Source: a virus (Duplodnaviria; Caudoviricetes). Taken from it: DNA of 64,000 nt. The first letter of the stretch is position 1; each line of letters starts with the position of its first letter. Under the pieces are notes generated by a model. The model was not told where the DNA came from and ran no database searches. It was given only the letters and a program-made list of their open reading frames with translations. A program made the translations under genes and the position numbers. Location: IMG/VR virus record IMGVR_UViG_3300032233_002382, positions 243,778 through 307,777 of that record; one strand, 5' to 3'. Positions 10,512-19,374 of the stretch are shown in pieces.

Positions 10512-11138
10512 ATGAACATTTTTGTGACCCATCACAACCCGGAAATCGCAGCAAAGCACCTGTGTGACAAACACGTTCCCAAAATGATCTTAGAAAGTGC
10601 GCAGATGCTATCTAATGCGTTTCACGTCCTCGGACTCCCGCACCTGGCCCCATACAGACAGCTAATGCTGAAGCATCCTTGTTGCAAATGGGTACTTGAA
10701 TCGAGAGGCAACTTCGAATGGTTGCTTAGGCACGCAAAACAAATTGCCGAGGAATTTGAACAGAGATTCGGGAAGAAGCACAAGTGTGAAGATGTAATTC
10801 TAAGTATGGAACGGAATTACATGAACCTCAGCTGGCCCAAGAAATCACGGACCAAATTCGTTCAGTGCATGCCAAGGATTTATCGCAATCGCGATGTCAT
10901 CGTTGCGTACCGTTCATATATTAAGCACGCCAAGATGTTCGCTAAATGGAAAAAGGGGCGTAAGAAACCATCATGGTTCCTGAAGCATTACATCGAATTT
11001 AACCATGAAGAAATCGGTAATTATATGACCGAATCGATTCCGCTACCTGATAGTGTTCCGCAACATCATATTGATTTCAGTGCTACAATCGCTTGGGCCA
11101 AGTGGTCAGTCGAGCAGGAGAATGCAAATCTAATGTAG
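10512..11138 (+). CDS. pyrimidine dimer DNA glycosylase / endonuclease V-like protein
   Basis: MNIF...P...A..LCDKHV.KMILESAQML, HPC..W..ES..N..WL and AYR.Y...K motifs. Confidence 0.8.
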   Translation: MNIFVTHHNPEIAAKHLCDKHVPKMILESAQMLSNAFHVLGLPHLAPYRQLMLKHPCCKWVLESRGNFEWLLRHAKQIAEEFEQRFGKKHKCEDVILSMERNYMNLSWPKKSRTKFVQCMPRIYRNRDVIVAYRSYIKHAKMFAKWKKGRKKPSWFLKHYIEFNHEEIGNYMTESIPLPDSVPQHHIDFSATIAWAKWSVEQENANLM

Positions 11139-12217
11139 CCCCTACCGGCGGGACCAAAGGCACTTCCTGGGCTGCTACCAACTCCCGCCTTGTCTATCAT
11201 ATAGTCCGTAAAAGCCACGTCATTGGCTTCAGACTTCAGCTTTGTCCAAAGGAAGAAGGAACCTGAGGGAGTGAATGTTGTAAAATGTGGAGAATGAAGC
11301 AAGGCGTCTAATAACAAGTTACGTCGATTTTCATACTCCTTAGCCATTTCCGTCTGATGACTATTCCCGATCGAAAGAGCCGTCACAGCACCATATTGAG
11401 CGACACTGTTCACCCCGTTTGTACTACACCTGAGCAATTTCTTAATACGATCAAGAACTGGCTCGTTATTCGATACGACATAACCAATCCTTAGACCGCT
11501 CATTGCATAGCTCTTAGAGGAGCTAAATAAAGAGATAGTTCGATTATATGCACCAGGTAGAGAAGCCACGCTTACATGTTTTAATCCGTCGAAAATCACA
11601 TGTTCGTAAGCTTCATCAGACACAATGATCAAGTCATACTTTTCTGCTAGATTAACGAATTCCTTTAAAACTGACTCAGAAAGCACGACTCCAGTTGGAT
11701 TATGTGGAGTATTTAGGAAAATAGCTTTGGTATTGGGCGTAATATAACGCTCGACCATGTCCGCTGTATATGGATTGGGCTTGCTTAGGTCCATGGGACA
11801 TCTAACAGCATAGCCACCAGCTAGTCTAATATTTTCTGCAATTTCGGTCCACATCGGATCCGGAATAATCACTTCATCATTGGTTTCGAGAATCGAAGCA
11901 AAGGTTAAGAAAAGTGCATGCATTCCGCCACTAGTGACCACCACATGGTTTGGGTCAGATACCGGTATATGATTTGATCGGCGGCATTTTTCGACAATCG
12001 CACGACGCAGTTCGACGATTCCAGCTGACGCCGTGTAATGTGTATAGTCTTTATCTAAAGCATCGCGCATAGCCTGCTTAACTTCCGGATGGACTGCGAA
12101 GTTCGGATCTCCAGACTCCAGTCGGTATACCTTACGGCCTTGAGACGCCAAACCGAGCAAGCGGTCTCTGACGGTTACAATCGCACCGAAGCTAATCTGG
12201 TCTAATTGAGAAATCAT
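11066..12217 (-). CDS. PLP-dependent aminotransferase class I/II (aspartate aminotransferase-like)
   Basis: GDPNF, NTPHNPTG, SDEAYE, S.SKSYAMSGLRIGY (PLP Lys) and PGSAFG...YIRF motifs. Confidence 0.92.
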   Translation of the reverse strand: MISQLDQISFGAIVTVRDRLLGLASQGRKVYRLESGDPNFAVHPEVKQAMRDALDKDYTHYTASAGIVELRRAIVEKCRRSNHIPVSDPNHVVVTSGGMHALFLTFASILETNDEVIIPDPMWTEIAENIRLAGGYAVRCPMDLSKPNPYTADMVERYITPNTKAIFLNTPHNPTGVVLSESVLKEFVNLAEKYDLIIVSDEAYEHVIFDGLKHVSVASLPGAYNRTISLFSSSKSYAMSGLRIGYVVSNNEPVLDRIKKLLRCSTNGVNSVAQYGAVTALSIGNSHQTEMAKEYENRRNLLLDALLHSPHFTTFTPSGSFFLWTKLKSEANDVAFTDYMIDKAGVGSSPGSAFGPAGRGYIRFAFSCSTDHLAQAIVALKSI

Positions 12218-12232
12218 GAGACACTTTACAGA

Positions 12233-13480
12233 TCAAACTAGAACATGCTTGTTGTTACTCTCTTCAGATGAATCACGGTTGCGCCAATATGGGGGTTGGT
12301 ACCTCCATCGTCGGAAGCTACGACCTTCACCGTAGGCCTGGCGCATCCAAAAACCCGACACAAGCGTGCGAACTCGACGGACATTTATACTTTCGCTCGA
12401 GTTTTCTTCCGGGCTCCAAAGGGTTATGGAACGCCCAAGTCTAATTCGATTTTGAGGTATCAACTTCTTAAATCGATCTTTAAGGTCATCTTTCTTTCTT
12501 CCCTTAGGCAACTTCGAAATTCGATTCCATAAAGCCCTAGCTTCGTCATTGGCCATGAAGTGCTCGACCTCAACATCCGGCCAGGTGGAATACATAACAA
12601 CATTCATCGCCCAATTAAAAAGGCCTTTCCATTCAGTTCGAAAAATATCACGAGCTTTCTGGTCGATGATGAGAGTGCTATCATCGACCACCCTTTGCTC
12701 ATTCGAAAGAATGTCTGAAATCGGCGTGTTCTCAGGTAGCTCTATACTAAAGTGAAAAAGAGCATCGTCGAAGGCATTAGTACCATCATGTGCTGTTCCA
12801 ACAAACAAAAATCTCCACGTTCTGACAGGCTTTGAAGGATCCTCTCCTACAGGGTCTTCCGTAAGATAAAATCCCTCAAGTTGATGCCAGCCCGTTTCTT
12901 CATTATATAGCCGAAGATTATTCGACTCAGACTTAGGGATCATCACATAGATACTGGCATAAGGCATGCGCAAATCATCGGAATTTATTCCACGCAACTC
13001 AGTATGCCGTAATCGTTCAGCCAAACCCGGCGAGACTTCGTACACTTTCTTTCCCGCGTGCTCATGAATCAGATAACACCAATTCTGAATCATTCCAGTC
13101 AGCGCTGAAGCATAGAACGCTTTTTCATCAAGATTGGGATTGTATGACTTGTAAGCAGAAAGTACCATAACATTAAACTGCTGCATCAAATCAGAATTGG
13201 CAGATAAAGAAAAACTATATGGAGTCGAAGCCGACTCCATCGACTTCGAAAGAATCTCAATAGTCAGAGCAGCCAGCTTTTGAGTGTAAGGATTAGAGTA
13301 AAATCGGTCATCCACCGCCTTCGAACGAATCGAACTACCCGAACCAGAAATAATGCTCTGAGATTTCAAGTTATGTAGATAATTCGCATAGCAAAGCAAG
13401 CCTAGTTTCTCGAAATCCTGCTTAGCTTCTGTACGCTTGCTATTAAAGAATTTGTAAGCACGTTCCCAGTGGGTTAGCAT
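12233..13480 (-). CDS. conserved-type phage hypothetical protein
   Basis: 415 aa; C-terminal V.GFW.RQAYG.G......PYW resembles a widespread phage (R/H)GHW..Q.YG motif family. Confidence 0.6.
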   Translation of the reverse strand: MLTHWERAYKFFNSKRTEAKQDFEKLGLLCYANYLHNLKSQSIISGSGSSIRSKAVDDRFYSNPYTQKLAALTIEILSKSMESASTPYSFSLSANSDLMQQFNVMVLSAYKSYNPNLDEKAFYASALTGMIQNWCYLIHEHAGKKVYEVSPGLAERLRHTELRGINSDDLRMPYASIYVMIPKSESNNLRLYNEETGWHQLEGFYLTEDPVGEDPSKPVRTWRFLFVGTAHDGTNAFDDALFHFSIELPENTPISDILSNEQRVVDDSTLIIDQKARDIFRTEWKGLFNWAMNVVMYSTWPDVEVEHFMANDEARALWNRISKLPKGRKKDDLKDRFKKLIPQNRIRLGRSITLWSPEENSSESINVRRVRTLVSGFWMRQAYGEGRSFRRWRYQPPYWRNRDSSEESNNKHVLV

Positions 13481-13528
13481 AGATTAATTTACACTAAACA
13501 AGAGTCCGCAATTCAAGACGCACATACG

Positions 13529-14037
13529 CGTGGGCCTCGACGGATATCTCCGTCGAGGCCCACGTTGGAAGGAAGCTTGATTTCGAACTTGATTCCGTTT
13601 AGAGAATCCGTCGCACCAGTCTTACCTACCTGCTCCACGGTCCTTATCGCAGATTACGCTGCGACCGAATCGCGTGCACCCATTCTAGTTTAACATCTCT
13701 CGACGCTAAACCAAAACCGGGACCAAGCCGATCTAGTAACCATCGCTGGTTACCGACCGAAATGGCATGTCGCGCCACGACAGGTATCGAACCACCTTGT
13801 TTAAGGGTTTGGCTCGAGACGCCATAAGAATCGCGACATTGCCGACAGCCAAGAGAACGACTCTCATCGTTCAAATGCGTTTCCGGCTCCGCAGTTGCCT
13901 ACACTAGACCGCTCTAGTAAACGACAACAAAGGAACGACAGTCACTAGACTCTTCCGAGTATTTCGAGACCCCTTCTTTCAAGGCATCTCTAATCGACTG
14001 GCGCATAATAGCGCGCCGATAAAAATTCTAAAAATAG
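13529..14037 (-). ncRNA. candidate large structured non-coding RNA (family not identified)
   Basis: ORF-poor ~500-nt gap with a minus-strand TG-TAATTT element at 14043-14050, many short hairpins and a 16-bp terminal hairpin at 13529-13564. Confidence 0.5.
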
Positions 14038-14056
14038 TAAGTAAATTACACGTCTT

Positions 14057-14722
14057 ATGTATCGTGTAGGCATGAGTGTAGATAAGATAAGGATAGCCAA
14101 CCGGATTGCTAAAGGGAAAACATCAGAATTGGTTGGTCAGGACCCAGACGTAAATCCGGACCTTAAAAATCCAGAGTCAGTTTCTGGACATAACGATCTA
14201 ATAGATATCCCCAACGTACGTCAATATAATGATTTTACGTGCGGATCTGCATGCTTGCTGGCGATACTGGCTTATTATGGGAAATATGACGGTAGAGAAG
14301 ACGACCTCGCAAGCGAATTACGAACAAATCCGATAAACGGAACAAATGCCGATGACATAGTTAAAATCGCAAGAAAGTTCGGCCTAAACGCAGAGCGTAG
14401 AGAAAACGCGGACCTTAAAATAATCGAATCATCACTTAGACGAAAAACGCCGATTATAGTGAACTTTCAAGCCTGGAGCGATTCTGGATCAGACTACAGG
14501 CACAGCAACGAGGATGGTCACTACGCCATAGTAACAGGCATGGACGACGAAAACCTGTATTTTCGAGATCCATCCATGAACGGAAAGATCGGCCGATTAT
14601 CAAAAGCAGATTTTATGCAAAGATGGCATGACGAAGACGCACAATCTGACGTGGAACGGATGTGCATACTATTTCACGATAATATGATCCCTAGAATCGA
14701 AGAGATAGAGTATATAGGATAA
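14057..14722 (+). CDS. C39-like cysteine peptidase with N-terminal RIANRIA motif
   Basis: Q...FTCGSACL (Cys), GHYAIVTG (His) and FRDP (Asp). Confidence 0.85.
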   Translation: MYRVGMSVDKIRIANRIAKGKTSELVGQDPDVNPDLKNPESVSGHNDLIDIPNVRQYNDFTCGSACLLAILAYYGKYDGREDDLASELRTNPINGTNADDIVKIARKFGLNAERRENADLKIIESSLRRKTPIIVNFQAWSDSGSDYRHSNEDGHYAIVTGMDDENLYFRDPSMNGKIGRLSKADFMQRWHDEDAQSDVERMCILFHDNMIPRIEEIEYIG

Positions 14723-15253
14723 TTAAGATCTCGAGACATGTTTTGAAACCCAGTCGTTCATTGCTATAGAACCCGCCACCGCCGCGTTCAAACTGCGTAC
14801 GGATCCATACTGAGGTATACAAACGCATCGATCCACTAAAGATAAAGTTTTTTCAGTGATACCTACCCCTTCCTCCCCTAAAATGAAAAGAGGAGGTCGA
14901 TTATATGCAGTCTCATAAATCGACTGAGCGCCTGGAACCGTGTTCTCAAGAGCGACAAACTCATACTGAGACTTTAAGCATTCCAATGATTCGTAATCCG
15001 GTAGATGGTGAACATAACTGTAATTGAAAGTGCCGACTGCACCACGTTTATCATACTTCCGATTACCAATATAATAGACCGCTCTCGCATTAAAGGCATT
15101 GGCCGATCTAATTACTGTTCCGAAGTTAAAATCACCAACAAAGTTTTCCATCAAAACTGCGAACGGAAAAGCTTTGTTCGCTAAATCATCTCGAATAAGC
15201 TCGGTTGTCCACGCCTTATAACGATTAATCACATTCCTATTTTCTAGATCCAA
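14723..15253 (-). CDS. TrmH/SpoU-family RNA 2'-O-methyltransferase
   Basis: N.G..IRSANAF, ILGEEGVG and IPQYGSVRSLNAAVAGSI motifs. Probable TTG start at 15253 after GAGGA (ORF track starts at 15292). Confidence 0.9.
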   Translation of the reverse strand: MDLENRNVINRYKAWTTELIRDDLANKAFPFAVLMENFVGDFNFGTVIRSANAFNARAVYYIGNRKYDKRGAVGTFNYSYVHHLPDYESLECLKSQYEFVALENTVPGAQSIYETAYNRPPLFILGEEGVGITEKTLSLVDRCVCIPQYGSVRSLNAAVAGSIAMNDWVSKHVSRS

Positions 15254-15254
15254 T

Positions 15255-15470
15255 TTATTCCTCGTGAATTTTAATAGATACTGCTTGATCACACGTCAAT
15301 GACGGATAAGCTCTTCTAGCATAACCGTTCCATGAGGGAATTTCCAATATAGTTAACATATTGTGATCGGGTCTGACAGATGAGTCGACTTTGCAACCAC
15401 AATTTAAGCATTTATAACGGTATAATCCAGCAATACCGGTAGGACCCTTGAAATCCCAGTCATGGCTCAC
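15255..15470 (-). CDS. Cys/His mini-protein, tandem family member 6
   Basis: MSHDW...CLNCG...TCDQ...IHEE. Confidence 0.7.
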   Translation of the reverse strand: MSHDWDFKGPTGIAGLYRYKCLNCGCKVDSSVRPDHNMLTILEIPSWNGYARRAYPSLTCDQAVSIKIHEE

Positions 15471-15742
15471 GAGTTATGAACCTTATAAGATACACATTCT
15501 TCAACAGTATGCATTGATCTAGATTGATCATTCTCGAATTCCATAAAACACTCTGAACACATCGGGTTTATCTTGAATGCACTTCTAATCCCGGCATAGT
15601 CGATGGGATTCTTAATAGGAGAAATCATCCTTTGAAAAAGTTCGTTAGTTTCGTCGGTCGAGAGGCCGTCACGCGATACGCGCTTCACTTGATTATCTAA
15701 GAGAGCTTTGAGAGACGCCATCTTCTTTTCCCTATCGATCAT
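15467..15742 (-). CDS. Cys/His mini-protein, divergent family member 5
   Basis: ...CSEC...HTVEEC...VHNS. Confidence 0.65.
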   Translation of the reverse strand: MIDREKKMASLKALLDNQVKRVSRDGLSTDETNELFQRMISPIKNPIDYAGIRSAFKINPMCSECFMEFENDQSRSMHTVEECVSYKVHNS

Positions 15743-15950
15743 GGACCACTTCCGCTAAGAATTCTTCGCACTTTGGGATAGCTCGATACTCCATCGAACC
15801 GCTATTAAAACACGACATTATTCGACCGACAACAAACCAGTCATAATTCGGACTGGTCCAATAACCGGCCGACGTAAGATAACCACACAACTTGCATTTC
15901 ACTATGACGTTTCCATGAATCTCATGACTTAAAATCCAGTCATGCTCCAT
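15732..15950 (-). CDS. Cys/His mini-protein, family member 4
   Basis: MEHDW...CKLCG...CEE...VHDR; start reassigned to the ATG at 15950. Confidence 0.7.
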   Translation of the reverse strand: MEHDWILSHEIHGNVIVKCKLCGYLTSAGYWTSPNYDWFVVGRIMSCFNSGSMEYRAIPKCEEFLAEVVHDR

Positions 15951-16134
15951 GGATTGTCCCCATGAGTATTTCTTCACAGGTTAGATAAGAAGAATTCTTT
16001 AAAATAGGATCCACAACTAAGAGCCAACCATCCTTAGATGGGTTATATGAACCCACAAAAATATAACCACACATGTCACATTTAAACGTTTTGAGACCAC
16101 CTGATTCCTTGAGTAAAACCCATTCATGAAGCAT
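15940..16134 (-). CDS. Cys/His mini-protein, family member 3
   Basis: MLHEW...CDMCG...TCEE...IHGA. Confidence 0.7.
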   Translation of the reverse strand: MLHEWVLLKESGGLKTFKCDMCGYIFVGSYNPSKDGWLLVVDPILKNSSYLTCEEILMGTIHGA

Positions 16135-16318
16135 AAATATTCCAGATTATTATTTCTTCGCAGGTCATATACTTTAAATCCTGAATCATATGGCTTCCGG
16201 ATAATACTTTCTGGGCAGGAAACGGCATATTCACATCTCTAAACAAAGAACCGCACAAAAGGCATTCGAATTCTTTGTAGTACACACCCGGCGTCCTACA
16301 TTTCCATTTATGAGGCAT
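16124..16318 (-). CDS. Cys/His mini-protein, family member 2
   Basis: MPHKW...CLLCG...TCEE...IYAS. Confidence 0.7.
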   Translation of the reverse strand: MPHKWKCRTPGVYYKEFECLLCGSLFRDVNMPFPAQKVLSGSHMIQDLKYMTCEEIIIWNIYAS

Positions 16319-16487
16319 GAATATAATTCACCATCACATCATGATAGGTCCTAACGTCCACTAATTCATTATCACGTTCAACCCAATGTGGGTTGGGCTT
16401 CTGATTAGGATCAGAAAGCCTACACCAACTATTACAATTTAAGCATTTCCAAATATTCGAGTAAATTAACTGCCAATCATGGGCCAT
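16308..16487 (-). CDS. Cys/His mini-protein, family member 1 (59 aa, below the ORF-track cutoff)
   Basis: Manual translation: MAHDWQLIYSNIWKCLNCNSWC...VNYIHAS; preceded by TG-TAAGTT-N5. Confidence 0.7.
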   Translation of the reverse strand: MAHDWQLIYSNIWKCLNCNSWCRLSDPNQKPNPHWVERDNELVDVRTYHDVMVNYIHAS

Positions 16488-16495
16488 ACCATAAC

Positions 16496-17491
16496 TTACA
16501 CCAAACTAGCACGCGGTCCAGCCCCAGACCAACCACAAAGTTTATGTAACATACGAGCTGCGATGATCGGATCATTTCCATCAGGTGAAGATTCATTTAT
16601 ATCGAATCCTACGATTTTTCGACCCGCATTTACAACTGCCTTTAGAATCGCATTTACCTGCCACCAATTTAGACCACCTGGAACGGGTGTTCCAGTGTTC
16701 GGAACCATCGAAATGTCGAACACATCCATGTCAAAACAAACATAAACATTGGGTGAGAGAGTCGTTGCTATACGTTCCGCAACTATGTCGAATGATTCGT
16801 ATTGAGAGTATTCCCATAAATCTTTAGCAAAAAACGGCGTTATGCGACCTCTCGAATTCATGATCGATAGATACTCGAATTCGGAAAGGTCTCGAACGCC
16901 GACCTGTGTAATCGGACATTTAGTCATTTGCACGACATTGCTCATGACAGCAGCATGCGAAAAATGACATCCGTTATACCTAGTTCGAAGATCGGCATGA
17001 GCATCAAAGTGAAGAACGCTCAAGTCTTTAAAACGCTCAAAATGAGACACGATCGAACCAAGCGAAACCGAATTATCGCCACCCAACACTATAGGCACTT
17101 TTCCCTTCGACAGCCAATAACGAGAGCGATCCCTAATAGCCGAATAGACGGTGTTACAAACCCGATTAAGCTCGTCCAAAGCTCGCGTGTCATTATTCAG
17201 ACTTCTGCGATATAAATCTCGAGCTATTTCATTTGCCTCGACCGCCTCAATAACCGGATCATCGACAAATATATTCCCAACAACATTGTCACTGAATTCC
17301 AGATCAAACGTGTCGACTTGATGAGTCGCCTCAATTACTGCATCCGGCGCAAAAGCAGACCCGAGTCTATAACTTGAAGTCCCGTCAAAAGGCACAGGCA
17401 CAATTACGAACTTTGATTTCTCGATCGTGGATAACGATTCAAAGATAGGCTTAGAATTCACGATGGTAGATAAACGGTGAACTAAGTTCAT
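16496..17491 (-). CDS. speB: agmatinase / ureohydrolase family protein
   Basis: VPFDGTSSYR.G...AP, GGDNS, HFDAHADLR, SHA and FDMDVFD...PNTGTPVPGGL motifs. Confidence 0.85.
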   Translation of the reverse strand: MNLVHRLSTIVNSKPIFESLSTIEKSKFVIVPVPFDGTSSYRLGSAFAPDAVIEATHQVDTFDLEFSDNVVGNIFVDDPVIEAVEANEIARDLYRRSLNNDTRALDELNRVCNTVYSAIRDRSRYWLSKGKVPIVLGGDNSVSLGSIVSHFERFKDLSVLHFDAHADLRTRYNGCHFSHAAVMSNVVQMTKCPITQVGVRDLSEFEYLSIMNSRGRITPFFAKDLWEYSQYESFDIVAERIATTLSPNVYVCFDMDVFDISMVPNTGTPVPGGLNWWQVNAILKAVVNAGRKIVGFDINESSPDGNDPIIAARMLHKLCGWSGAGPRASLV

Positions 17492-17529
17492 GGACCGCCC
17501 TTAAGCATGAACTGTAATATTACAATTCG

Positions 17530-18312
17530 CTAAAATCTAAACGCCTTCTTGAACGCGTTACCTACTTTTTTACCAGTATCTACAACTGCGTTACCGGCCT
17601 TCTTACCAGTGTCTACAATCGCATTACCAGCTTTTTGTGCCGTGCTGACAACTGTAGACTCCGCTTTCTTCTCAGTAGCTACCACTGCACTACCGGCACT
17701 AGTTAAATCCTTGGCTGCTTGCTTAGTGTCTACAGTTACAGATACGTCGACCTTAGCTCCGACTAGTGCTGCCACATCTCCGCTAACGCCGACAGTGGCT
17801 TTACCGTCCTTGAAGGTAGCTTCGCCACCACCCCCAATACCTACTTGGTCGCCGACAGACACGCCAGCACCAGCCGTAGCTGAAGCCCCTCTCAGCTTCG
17901 CAGTGGCGTCAGCATCTACTCCAACAGCAGTACCAGAGGAGACGCCACCGGAGGCAGCCACACCATGATCTCCAGCAGAAATGGAGGCGTCAACGGTAGT
18001 TCCGGTTACAGCATAAGCATCACCTGAAGCTGATCCGCCAACGCCGTGATAATTTGTGGTCGCATCTACCGTCGCATGTGCCTCGGTGGTGTCAGAATAG
18101 TGCAGGCCAGCATTCACATTATTTCCATCTAAACCGGCCGAAACGCCAGCTTCAGTTCCAGTCTTAGCCGATACGCCTGCCGAAATCGACGCATTATCAT
18201 TGCCGGTGCTAACCCCGGCGGAGGCTTCGATCGTGTTATTAATGGAAGCTGAAGCTGAATTCTTATCGGTAGTCGCGGTAGCTGACTGATTTGCACTTAT
18301 GTTGGTGGACAT
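17530..18312 (-). CDS. Gly/Ala/Ser-rich protein with C-terminal 11-aa amphipathic repeats
   Basis: Alternating beta-like pattern, then AGNAIVDTGKK / AGNAVVDTGKK / VGNAFKK. Confidence 0.6.
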   Translation of the reverse strand: MSTNISANQSATATTDKNSASASINNTIEASAGVSTGNDNASISAGVSAKTGTEAGVSAGLDGNNVNAGLHYSDTTEAHATVDATTNYHGVGGSASGDAYAVTGTTVDASISAGDHGVAASGGVSSGTAVGVDADATAKLRGASATAGAGVSVGDQVGIGGGGEATFKDGKATVGVSGDVAALVGAKVDVSVTVDTKQAAKDLTSAGSAVVATEKKAESTVVSTAQKAGNAIVDTGKKAGNAVVDTGKKVGNAFKKAFRF

Positions 18313-18324
18313 TTTTGCTCCAAG

Positions 18325-18657
18325 TTATTTAGAACGAGATTTCGTTAAACGACTCTCGGCCTGATTCCAGGCCGCTTGTTCTTTAAGAATCGAAATGAAT
18401 TCATCACGCTGCTGAATAAGATGCTTTTCCCGTTCGATTAACCTATCATGTTCACGATCGATCAAAGCCATAATTCGGTCGTCTTTTGAATGTATTTCCT
18501 TCAAATACTCGGCCTTGTCAGCTTGCCATGCCGCATGTTGGTAATAAACAATCGCTACCATCAGCACAACAGTGAAAGATTGTTCCTTAAGTTTGTTTAG
18601 GAATATGGAGATAGCGGAGGACTGAGATGAATCCGATGAACCAGCACTAGAACCCAT
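18325..18657 (-). CDS. single-TM membrane protein with coiled coil (holin/lysis-accessory-like)
   Basis: FTVVLMVAIVYY hydrophobic stretch followed by a heptad-rich segment. Confidence 0.45.
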   Translation of the reverse strand: MGSSAGSSDSSQSSAISIFLNKLKEQSFTVVLMVAIVYYQHAAWQADKAEYLKEIHSKDDRIMALIDREHDRLIEREKHLIQQRDEFISILKEQAAWNQAESRLTKSRSK

Positions 18658-18733
18658 ACTACGATGGGTTTAAAGAAAACCGAAGAGTCATTGATATGCT
18701 TTTAACTGATAAAATGCTTCGATGATTCAATCA

Positions 18734-19267
18734 CTACATCTCAACATCAGGTAACTTATCGGCTGCCTCAGTAAAGCCATGTTCGACTAGTGTTTCACCA
18801 ATTGCGGGCTTCTCTTTCTCATCATACGAGCACATAAACCGCAGGGTATCCTCTTCTGCCGCGAACTTGGCACTCGATGAGTACTCTTTAAAATCCCTAG
18901 GCGTGAGCTTAACATAGTCGTGAGAAAGAATAGACTCAAGCGCTTTTCCATCGAAGAACGCTTGGTCTGATGACATGCGGGTTTCAGGAGCCATCATCTT
19001 AGGGTCGACATTCATGAAAGCCCAGCCGAAAGGCGTAAGGCTCGCCCATACCGGCTCCATATTGGTCACAAGACTCCCGACAACATCATGTTCTGTATAA
19101 GCTCCACCCTCAAAAATCGCTACCTCAATTCGAGGTTCGCCAGTCAATTCGGATGCAAGTTTACGAAGATGTTTTAAGACTAATTCGCGAGATGGATTTT
19201 TCGAGGCATCTATTTTAGAAGCGATCCGACGTAAAGTAGCAGACAAGTCAGCAGGTTTCATAATCAT
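18734..19267 (-). CDS. hypothetical protein with shared N-terminal LRRIASKIDAS..P.R.LV..LR module
   Basis: N-terminus aligns with ORF 38661..39365. Confidence 0.65.
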   Translation of the reverse strand: MIMKPADLSATLRRIASKIDASKNPSRELVLKHLRKLASELTGEPRIEVAIFEGGAYTEHDVVGSLVTNMEPVWASLTPFGWAFMNVDPKMMAPETRMSSDQAFFDGKALESILSHDYVKLTPRDFKEYSSSAKFAAEEDTLRFMCSYDEKEKPAIGETLVEHGFTEAADKLPDVEM

Positions 19268-19317
19268 CTCCTTCCACTACTGGCACATTAGAAATGTATA
19301 ATCGGTGCAAACAAATA

Positions 19318-19355
19318 CGAATCGGCCCTGGACGTTTCCATCCAGGGCCGATTCG
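19318..19355 (-). terminator. intrinsic terminator after the major capsid gene
   Basis: 15-bp stem cgaatcggccctgga / tccagggccgattcg with a T-rich tail on the minus strand. Confidence 0.75.
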
Positions 19356-19374
19356 ACAGTTCAGTTTTTCGAAA

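Noticed and set aside
13786-13793. tRNA or tmRNA suggested by the GGTTCGAT T-loop and a plus-strand VNDN tag-like reading near 13917
   Set aside because: No cloverleaf, acceptor stem or CCA could be built, and no short tag ORF with a stop follows.
13644-13874. 76-aa minus-strand ORF inside the candidate ncRNA
   Set aside because: No SD, no motif and atypical composition; more likely incidental.
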